Below, in pieces: positions 9,844-17,306 of a stretch of 64,000 bases of DNA. The translations under genes were made by a program, and so were the position numbers. This DNA is from an uncultured archaeon (GTDB lineage: Archaea; Asgardarchaeota; Thorarchaeia; Thorarchaeales; Thorarchaeaceae): NCBI GenBank assembly GCA_964558645.1, contig CAZLEV010000001.1, positions 61,568 through 125,567 of the forward strand, read 5' to 3'. Position 1 is the first letter of the stretch. The number at the start of each line of letters is the position of its first letter. Below the pieces are notes generated by a model. The model did no database searches. It was not told where the DNA came from and saw only the letters and a list, made by a program, of their open reading frames with translations.

Positions 9844-11265
9844 ATGGATGCTGAACCGAAGAGCGGCGAAGTGAAGAGTCTTTATACAAATCCCCGTGTG
9901 ATGGTCATTGCTCTTGACGCGATGCTAATCATGCTGGGCTTCGGCATCGTGAGCCCTTCGATGTCCTTCTATTTGATTGCTCTCGAGGGCGGACTCGATC
10001 AACCTCCAGGCCCTGATTATATCGTGCCTGCTGAAGTTGTAGCTCAGTTTTCTCTCATTCTGGGAATGATGACAGCCGCATTCATGGCCACGAGAACATT
10101 ACTGTCACGCTACTGGGGAAATGCGTCCGACGTTCATGGTCGTAAGCCCTTAATGATGCTCGGACTCGGTGGGTATGTCCTGCTGCTGATTCTGTTTGGG
10201 CTAGCTCAAGACTGGATTCAGTTGCTGCTCATTCGAGCATTCCAAGGTGTGATATCTGCGATGGTCTGGCCCGTTGCCCAGGCAGCATTAATGGACATTG
10301 TGGGGCAAGACCGCAGAGGTGAGGGTCTTGGGCTCTACATGGTAGTTTCAAATATTGGGTTCATAGTTGGCCCCGGTGTTGGTGGCCTACTCTACAACTT
10401 CTGCAGAGATTTTCTCGTGCTACCAGTCCCAGCAGTGTTCAGAGTCCCATATTTCATCGGGGCGCTCATCGCCCTTCCCGCCGTCATTATGACCGCTGTG
10501 CTCTTGAGGGAAACTGCCCCAGGGAAAACACATGAACCTCAAAACAGTGGGCTTCCTGCTACTGTAGAAGGCAAGGGGGGCGATATTCTCGATGTGGAGC
10601 TCGAGCAGATCAGCGTCAAGCGCCGTCGTATGATTCAGGCAATCTATCTGATGGCTCTGATGAATGGATTTGCTATGGGTCTGGGACAGCCAATTTTCCA
10701 GCTCTTCCTCATGAGCAAAATCACATCTGATATTGGTCTGATTGGTCTTATAATCTCTGGTGCCGGGGCTCTTGGCATGATATTCTCATTGCCCGCCGGC
10801 AGGTATGCTGACCGCCATGGACGAAGATCCATTGCAGTTGGTGGAACATTGGCATCTAGAGGCAGCTTCTTCCTTCTGCCGCTCACTACCACAATTCCAG
10901 AAACAAGTGTCATATGGATTACACAGGGGGCAACCCTTTCTGCATCTCAACCTGCCTTACGGGCCCTGCAGGCGGATCTGGTCCCCTGGAACTTGCGCGG
11001 CAAGCTGTTCGGTACCATTCAGGCCTTCTTCAATGCAGGCGCCACCCTGGGTCCGCTGCTTGGAGGAATCCTCTATGGGTTCTTCTCTCTCATGATCTTT
11101 GCAGTCGGACCCATCATCATCGAGGGCTTTGTCATTCCCTTCTGGCTCGCTGGTGCCTCTGGAGTATTCGGGGCCGCAATCCTATGGCGATATGTTGAGG
11201 AAACTCAGCCGATTAAAGTAGTTCGAGTTGATGATGCGGAAGAGGTTGCTTCCGACCTGACATGA
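9844..11265 (+). CDS. Major facilitator superfamily transporter
   Basis: About 12 TM segments; motif A WGNASDVHGRK and GRYADRHGRR. Confidence 0.92.
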   Translation: MDAEPKSGEVKSLYTNPRVMVIALDAMLIMLGFGIVSPSMSFYLIALEGGLDQPPGPDYIVPAEVVAQFSLILGMMTAAFMATRTLLSRYWGNASDVHGRKPLMMLGLGGYVLLLILFGLAQDWIQLLLIRAFQGVISAMVWPVAQAALMDIVGQDRRGEGLGLYMVVSNIGFIVGPGVGGLLYNFCRDFLVLPVPAVFRVPYFIGALIALPAVIMTAVLLRETAPGKTHEPQNSGLPATVEGKGGDILDVELEQISVKRRRMIQAIYLMALMNGFAMGLGQPIFQLFLMSKITSDIGLIGLIISGAGALGMIFSLPAGRYADRHGRRSIAVGGTLASRGSFFLLPLTTTIPETSVIWITQGATLSASQPALRALQADLVPWNLRGKLFGTIQAFFNAGATLGPLLGGILYGFFSLMIFAVGPIIIEGFVIPFWLAGASGVFGAAILWRYVEETQPIKVVRVDDAEEVASDLT

Positions 11266-11621
11266 TAGCTTCTCGCGGTCAACGTAAGAGATATATGCTT
11301 TCTGAATTGAAGCTGGGTAATCGCTTAGATACGGAGGTGCAAGCAGTCTATGAATCAAGGAATTAAATCTGAGGTATCAGCGGCCGTCTGCACCAGTAGT
11401 GTAAGTGTCTAATGATGTGATTCTTTCTCTGGGTCTTCTGATTGTTGCACGTGTCTGATCATTGATTTCCAGACGTGCTGGTGCCGAGGTGTCTGCTCCT
11501 TCTCACTCTGCTATTGTGACGATTGAACGATTGACGCGTGCGATCTATACTAAAGGTGTAACAAGAAATTGCATACGCAACTTACAATTAGTACGAGCTT
11601 GCTTGCCGGAGGCCATCGCAA

Positions 11622-12455
11622 GTGAGCCGTATCGAGAAGTACAATCCCCTGAAACATTCTAGCGCTTCTAGACAGATTCAGGCTGCAAAAGACAACTACT
11701 CAGGACGAGGCTCTTTGATCAAGGAGCCGACATTCGATGATATCAAGAGAGATGCGGTTGGCTTCGACCTTGCGACTGATGTGCTTCATCAAATCAACGC
11801 TGGCAAGGAGGCTTCCATCTATCTCGCCACATGGAGGGAGCATGCTATCATCCTCAAGGTATTTCGGATACATCAATCATGCCACAAGATATCCAAGAAA
11901 CATGGCTATAGCTCTGCTGCGAGTGCTAAGCGAACCCATCATGTTCTGGCTATGATGGAGGACCTGGCCGTCAAGGAGTTCGACCTGCTCATGAAATGCT
12001 TCAGAGCTGGAGTGCATGTCCCTACGCCGATTGGACGTGTTGGTCAATATCTGACCATGCGGTTCATTGGCGATGGGGATATACCAGCACCCCAGCTTCG
12101 GAACGTCGAATTGCAGAAACCCGGTCGGGTACTGGATCAGATTCTGGACGACTATCTGATTATGTATCGGGATGTGAATGTGGTTCATGGTGATCTGAGT
12201 GAGTACAACATACTCTGGTGGGACGATAGACCTTGGCTTATTGATGTGCCGCAAGCCGAGGCTGTCGATAAGCATTGTGACATGATGCGCATTGAGGGGC
12301 TCCTGCGACGTGACTTGCGAAATCTACTCGCATACTTCGAGGGCTATGGTATCTACAGTGATCCTGAGCAGATTCTGGATGTGTTCCTGTCGGCTTACGT
12401 TCCAGATAATCAGAAGCACTATCGAGAGCTTAGAATTAGAGGTGAGTTAGCATAG
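11622..12455 (+). CDS. RIO1-family serine/threonine kinase
   Basis: INAGKEASIY, GVHVPTP, VHGDLSEYNIL, LIDVPQA. Confidence 0.9.
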   Translation: MSRIEKYNPLKHSSASRQIQAAKDNYSGRGSLIKEPTFDDIKRDAVGFDLATDVLHQINAGKEASIYLATWREHAIILKVFRIHQSCHKISKKHGYSSAASAKRTHHVLAMMEDLAVKEFDLLMKCFRAGVHVPTPIGRVGQYLTMRFIGDGDIPAPQLRNVELQKPGRVLDQILDDYLIMYRDVNVVHGDLSEYNILWWDDRPWLIDVPQAEAVDKHCDMMRIEGLLRRDLRNLLAYFEGYGIYSDPEQILDVFLSAYVPDNQKHYRELRIRGELA

Positions 12456-12710
12456 CTTCGCCTAGAATCATGGCAGACCAACTGAAGAAAGAATCAGGTG
12501 ATCAGTGTTTCTGTCTGAAATCCTACAGGTCATGTGTTGATGCAAGGAATTCGAGAGAGATCTACTTCAAACTCTACACTCAGAAGACCGGTACTGCACT
12601 GTACTGATGACCTGAATAATCCTAGGCTAGCCTATCTCCTGCGACACCCTATCCACAATCGGACGCTTTGACCCCAGTCACGAGATAAGCCAACTGGTTA
12701 AGGGAACGGT

Positions 12711-13127
12711 CTACTCGACTTTCCGCAATACAACTCGAGACACGCCGTCAATCATTTTGAGCGAGTCTTCAAGTTCGTTCAGAGAAACAACCAGCTGATC
12801 CGGAACGAAGTAGCACTCGTAGTAACATTTCTCGCCCCTGAGGCAAACGCCGGTCGTGAAGATAATGTCGCTAAGTTTTGCGTCATTGAACGCATAGTTG
12901 AGCTGTTTCAAGAAATTCCTGGAGAGGTCGCTAATCTCGATTCGTAACAGGTAGATATTGTCTGAAGCAACAGGAAAGAGCTTCATCACCCGATCCTTGT
13001 GGTGTAGTATGGTCAATCCTGCCTTTTCTCCAATCTCCTTCACAAACTCCGCAGGAAACTCAACGGGTTTACCCGCTGTGAATCTCAGAATAACGGCCGA
13101 AGTGGCTCCCTCGCGATCTATTACCAT
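12711..13127 (-). CDS. Hypothetical protein, possibly with a C-terminal ACT-like ferredoxin fold
   Basis: 138 aa; beta-alpha-beta pattern ending in IDGVSRVVL; three Cys in TTGVCLRGEKCYYECYF. Confidence 0.5.
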   Translation of the reverse strand: MVIDREGATSAVILRFTAGKPVEFPAEFVKEIGEKAGLTILHHKDRVMKLFPVASDNIYLLRIEISDLSRNFLKQLNYAFNDAKLSDIIFTTGVCLRGEKCYYECYFVPDQLVVSLNELEDSLKMIDGVSRVVLRKVE

Positions 13128-13329
13128 TAGTTCAACGTCCTTCAGGGTGTATGTCGGTGATTGTGATTATCTCTCTAAATAAGTCATTCTGTTATCTCCA
13201 CCGGGGCACTCTCAGATGCAAGGGGAGCAATATCTGGGTATTACATCTGCTATGTGATAATCATGTTGCCCTCTTGAGAAAAGCTATATCAGGGAAGAGC
13301 ATAACATTTGAGCCGGAGATTGACCTTCA

Positions 13330-14040
13330 TTGAACCCACGTCTGTCACAGCTTATTGGTTTGGTCTTACTGGTCGTATGTGCGGCCATGACGTTAGTAGT
13401 ATATCAGAGTACACTCATGGTCACCGGTGAGCCAATGGTTGTTCTTGCATCTGGTATCATTGCTTGGGCCATTCTAGGTCTCCCCGAGCTGGTGATAGGA
13501 CTCTACTTGATTAATAGAGGGTCACGGGAGGCGCGCGTCAAAGATATTTCGGGCAGCTTGGTCCCCCTTGTCCAGAGAGAGGGACGAATTGGGGTTGACG
13601 CCGCGGCAAGAGAACTTGGAGTCTCAACTGAGGACGTGGTTGATGCCGCAGACCGCCTGGCTCATCGCAGGCTTCCTCTGGTCTACCTTGACCGTGCGAA
13701 GAGTGAGATTGTAAGTCCCAGTGCCGTGAGTCTGGAAGAGAGCCTGCTCCATCTTCTTCATGCCCAGAGAAGGATGTCTTTTGAACAGATTACGAGAGTG
13801 ACGAACTCAACAGACGAGCAGATAATAGAGGCAATGAGCGTTTTGTCGAAAATGGGACGATTTCGTGGCACCGTAGACAAGAACTCCCGTGTTGTCTATA
13901 CTGCTGAGGCCGTGGAACAACTACCCAAAGCAGTCACAAAGTGTCCTAACTGCGGTGGAAAACTCAAGAATCCGATACTACCAGGCGAAGAAGAGAATTG
14001 TCCCTACTGTGGTCACTTCATTGTGAATCGCGTTAACTAG
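13330..14040 (+). CDS. Membrane protein with 2 TM helices, tandem winged-helix (PCI-like) domains and C-terminal zinc ribbon
   Basis: Two N-terminal hydrophobic helices, HTH-like AARELGVSTEDV and SFEQITRV...GRFRGTVD, and CPNCGG...CPYCG. Confidence 0.65.
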   Translation: MNPRLSQLIGLVLLVVCAAMTLVVYQSTLMVTGEPMVVLASGIIAWAILGLPELVIGLYLINRGSREARVKDISGSLVPLVQREGRIGVDAAARELGVSTEDVVDAADRLAHRRLPLVYLDRAKSEIVSPSAVSLEESLLHLLHAQRRMSFEQITRVTNSTDEQIIEAMSVLSKMGRFRGTVDKNSRVVYTAEAVEQLPKAVTKCPNCGGKLKNPILPGEEENCPYCGHFIVNRVN

Positions 14041-15188
14041 TCGGTTCTAGTGACCATCGCTCTGTCACGTTCGCGCAATATCTTCCACTCACAACAGACG
14101 TTCTCTGTTCCGTCGTGAACAGCGTACCAATCGAAGAGATTCGCAGTCAGACATGAATGATTAGGCAGGATGTGTATCTTCTCTCCCGGTTTTACGTTTC
14201 TCAGAGGCGAACCGTCTACCAGTCGTATCTTTGCATGCTCCTGAGAGAGTGATACGATGCGGTCTCCCGTTGGTTCTCGGATATCTCCACTGGGAAATAC
14301 TCGTCCGTAGCCACTCACAGGATCAATGTGTACGGGCCCCAAATCCTTGGAAAGTGCTGTTGCGCCTGAATCAACCACAATCCGATTCCCGTAGTTGCCA
14401 ATCACACTTGCAAGCACAGTCAGAGCACAATCACTGAACGTGCAAGAACCAAGAGCTACCTGATCGTAATCATGGAATACGTAGTTGCCCGGCCGTATCT
14501 CGGTAATGCAGTCCTCTATGTCGTCCGTGAGCGACATTGTAGGGGTGGACCCGATGCTGACAACATCCGGTTCAAGATCGACGTTGCTTAGCTTCTCCGT
14601 AACCTTACACATAACAAGCTGTTCCTGCATTGCGACTGCTCTGACTTCTTCGACACTGGACGCCTCGTAAGCATGACCTGCGTGTGTCAGGATTCCTCTG
14701 AAGTCCAGCCATCTTGCGTCCTCTATTCCTCGAGCCAATTCAACTGGCTCCTTGCTGTCGGGGTCGACTCCACAACGGTGATAACCACAGTCTATTTTGA
14801 TGAGAACTCCAATCTGGACTTCTTGCTCTGCGGATTCCTTTGTGAGCCATTGGACTGGGTTGCTACTATCGACCAGTACAGTCATGTTGACATCTCTGGC
14901 AAGGTTCACAACACTTTCCACTTTGTCCTTGACAATTGGTACGGCAAGCGTGATGTTTTCGAAGCCAGAATCAGCAAAAGCCTTGGCCTCCCAGACTGTT
15001 GACACAGTGATACCACGGGCGCCTGCTGAACGCTGGAGACCTGCAATCTCCAAGCACTTGTGGGTCTTGATGTGGGGTCGAAGGTGAACACCATTAGCCT
15101 CTGCTTTCTTGGCCATTCGATCAATATTTTTTCCAAGTCGAGTTCTATCAAGAAGAAGAGCGGGAGTCTTTAGTTCATCGATGAGCAT
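14037..15188 (-). CDS. Fold-type III PLP enzyme, D-threonine aldolase / D-serine dehydratase (DSD1) family
   Basis: TPALLLD, LRPHIKTHK (PLP Lys), GYHRCGV, THAGH, GSTPT, EIRPGNYVF, SQEH and PNHSC. Confidence 0.88.
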   Translation of the reverse strand: MLIDELKTPALLLDRTRLGKNIDRMAKKAEANGVHLRPHIKTHKCLEIAGLQRSAGARGITVSTVWEAKAFADSGFENITLAVPIVKDKVESVVNLARDVNMTVLVDSSNPVQWLTKESAEQEVQIGVLIKIDCGYHRCGVDPDSKEPVELARGIEDARWLDFRGILTHAGHAYEASSVEEVRAVAMQEQLVMCKVTEKLSNVDLEPDVVSIGSTPTMSLTDDIEDCITEIRPGNYVFHDYDQVALGSCTFSDCALTVLASVIGNYGNRIVVDSGATALSKDLGPVHIDPVSGYGRVFPSGDIREPTGDRIVSLSQEHAKIRLVDGSPLRNVKPGEKIHILPNHSCLTANLFDWYAVHDGTENVCCEWKILRERDRAMVTRTD

Positions 15189-15235
15189 GGCTTTGACCTA
15201 GCCACTCGGACTATAGAGGCTGTCGGTCAGAGGCA

Positions 15236-16657
15236 CTAGGTGATTCCATGCTGATCGCCTCTTATTCGTCTTCTGAGATTGAGTCTGATCTCATCCATCT
15301 TGGATGCCACCCTGCTTTTCTCCGTCCAGAAGCCCTCTATCTCCTCGAAACCGTGCACGTCCCAGTAGAGTGGGCATCCTCCGAAGCAATAGCTGAAGTA
15401 TTCACAAGCCTTGCAACCCTCAGGAGCATAGTCCTTTGCTCTCCAGAATCTGGAAGCCCGATTATACCATACCTTCTCGAACCCGTCGTGAAGAAGGTCT
15501 CCGACCGGTTCGCTGAAGCTGGAGCATGGGAGGAGTCTTCCCTCTGCATCGACTGAGAGAAGACCATCACAACACGCGCAACTCTTTGCTCCCAATCCGT
15601 GAGCAATGGGGTTGAAGACGCAAACAGGTGTGGGAGCATACCAGACGAACTGAACTCCTTTCTTGCTGGCCCTCTTCTTCACTTTTCGCACAATGTCTCC
15701 AATCTCCGTGTACTTGATTTGGAGTTCATCTCTCAGCTTCGCCGCTGTCCCAGTATAGATTACCATATTCATGCTGAAATAGGTCAGGCCCAGCTCATCA
15801 GCGTGGAAGTCTACTAGCTTTTCAAGATTGTCTACATTAGGTCTGCAGATTGTTGTGTTGCAGTGAGTGTAGATGTCGGTTTTCCGAAGGTTCTTGATAC
15901 CCTCTACCGTCTGTTCAAAGGCGCCCGGGATTCCAACGATGTAGTCGTGAGTCTCTGCGTCAGCGCCTTCTATGGATACTTGTGAGCTGTTCAGCCCTGC
16001 CTCAACGAGTCCTGCAACGAACGATTTGTCAGCACAGCGCCGGCCATTCGTTATCAGATTGACACGGAGCCCCTTTCCTCTTCCGTGCTTGATCAGCTCG
16101 AACAGGTCGTTTCTGAGTGTGGGCTCTCCGCCTGTGAAAGAGAGCGATGGAACATGAGCATCATCAGCTATGATGTCTATGACACGTTTGACATCCTCGG
16201 TTGTCATCTCGCCCGATTCTCGGAATGGGGAATATGCATAACAGAACCTGCACTTGTTATTGCAGCGGTAAGTCACGGCTATCTCGCTGAGTACCGGATA
16301 CTTGATTTCGCCAGTTCCGAACGGAACAATCTTTGCTGTACGATAAGTGTAGACATTTTGGTTTCCGCTTACCATATTCTGTAAATCGTCCACAAATGCT
16401 GCCAGGTCATTGAGAACCTGCTGTTTGTCAGCGCCATGATTCTCTGTAAAATAGTTCACAACGCTCTCCGGACCCTCTCCTTCAAGGAGCATCTTGAGCA
16501 TGAGCATCCCTGTCCTGTTCAGATGCATGACCTTGTTGGGCCTCAAGATTAGGAGATTGTCTTCGGGGCGAGAGAAGAAGTAGTCTCTCACCTCTTCCAT
16601 GAATCTTGGTATCCATTTCAGGTCCTCAAGTGTGTACTGGTACTCTGAAACAGGCAT
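15236..16657 (-). CDS. PqqD(RRE)-fused radical SAM/SPASM peptide maturase
   Basis: N-terminal PqqD-like LNRTGMLMLKML...DLAAFVDDL, radical SAM motif CNNKCRFC, FTGGEPTL, ITNG, and SPASM CACC...GRLLPC...CKACEYFSYCFGGCP. Confidence 0.9.
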   Translation of the reverse strand: MPVSEYQYTLEDLKWIPRFMEEVRDYFFSRPEDNLLILRPNKVMHLNRTGMLMLKMLLEGEGPESVVNYFTENHGADKQQVLNDLAAFVDDLQNMVSGNQNVYTYRTAKIVPFGTGEIKYPVLSEIAVTYRCNNKCRFCYAYSPFRESGEMTTEDVKRVIDIIADDAHVPSLSFTGGEPTLRNDLFELIKHGRGKGLRVNLITNGRRCADKSFVAGLVEAGLNSSQVSIEGADAETHDYIVGIPGAFEQTVEGIKNLRKTDIYTHCNTTICRPNVDNLEKLVDFHADELGLTYFSMNMVIYTGTAAKLRDELQIKYTEIGDIVRKVKKRASKKGVQFVWYAPTPVCVFNPIAHGLGAKSCACCDGLLSVDAEGRLLPCSSFSEPVGDLLHDGFEKVWYNRASRFWRAKDYAPEGCKACEYFSYCFGGCPLYWDVHGFEEIEGFWTEKSRVASKMDEIRLNLRRRIRGDQHGIT

Positions 16658-16689
16658 CTTGAGCCAGTGATTGATTATGGTGACTTAAG

Positions 16690-16718
16690 CCTTGGTATCG
16701 TGACTACGGATAGCAAGG
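16690..16718. promoter_or_regulatory. Imperfect inverted repeat in the divergent promoter region of the radical SAM gene and the CHSA operon
   Basis: CCTTG-G-TATC-GT...AC-G-GATA-G-CAAGG. Confidence 0.3.
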
Positions 16719-16779
16719 ACCTGAAACGCTTATCTTTGCTTACGTCAGTTAGAAGACAACGCTTAGGAGAGAGTCAACA

Positions 16780-17175
16780 ATGACCACCGGTGAAATTAAA
16801 CTCCCATATGGTACGATAACTGACAAGAAACTCGAGATGCACTTCAATGCATATGATATCGATTTGCCCGTGATAGCCTCCGGAATTCGTGAGAGGATGG
16901 ATGTTCTCCGAGAACTCGATGTGGCATTTGCAGGATTTGGGACCGAGGTTCCTCAGAACGTTACTCAGCAGAATCCTGCAATCATCAAGGCCTTCTTTGA
17001 ATTCACAGGCACCGCGGGTGATGCGCAAGTCATAATGAAGCGAGTCTATCACATTGTCTGGTGTGGCATGATACAGGAGTTCCCAGATTTGATTGATTGG
17101 GCTCAGGCCAAAGCAGACTTGTCGAATCTGACCTACGCTCAGGCAGAGATCATGAGGGCAAGAAGGAGCGAGTAG
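16780..17175 (+). CDS. Hypothetical cytoplasmic protein
   Basis: 131-aa ORF with AGGAG upstream and protein-like composition; no family recognised. Confidence 0.75.
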   Translation: MTTGEIKLPYGTITDKKLEMHFNAYDIDLPVIASGIRERMDVLRELDVAFAGFGTEVPQNVTQQNPAIIKAFFEFTGTAGDAQVIMKRVYHIVWCGMIQEFPDLIDWAQAKADLSNLTYAQAEIMRARRSE

Positions 17176-17192
17176 TGGGGCCGAGACTTCCG

Positions 17193-17294
17193 ATGCCTGA
17201 AATAGAGGTTTCCGGTCTTCTACTCGGACTGCTTCATTGTCACTCAGCACAGGATGAAGGAATTCTTCGGAAGATAGCACAAGAGGTCAATTAG
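17193..17294 (+). CDS. Putative 33-aa peptide containing CHSA (MPEIEVSGLLLGLLHCHSAQDEGILRKIAQEVN)
   Basis: ATG 17 nt after the upstream stop and TAG 12 nt before the next start, so it fills the intergenic gap. It contains the same CHSA tetrad as the tail of the downstream protein. Confidence 0.35.
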   Translation: MPEIEVSGLLLGLLHCHSAQDEGILRKIAQEVN

Positions 17295-17306
17295 AGCAGA
17301 GAGTAC

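Noticed and set aside
11412-11458. Second box C/D-like pattern (ATGATGT...CTGA...CTGA)
   Set aside because: Imperfect C box, and the second guide region is too short.
12470-12615. Short ORFs after the RIO kinase, one with a Cys-TGA-Cys that could be selenocysteine
   Set aside because: No recognisable selenoprotein family or SECIS, and no protein-like signal.
14037-15188. PLP enzyme downstream of the radical SAM gene as a tailoring enzyme
   Set aside because: It is co-oriented with a 47-nt gap, but this family acts on free D-amino acids, so linkage cannot be supported from sequence alone.
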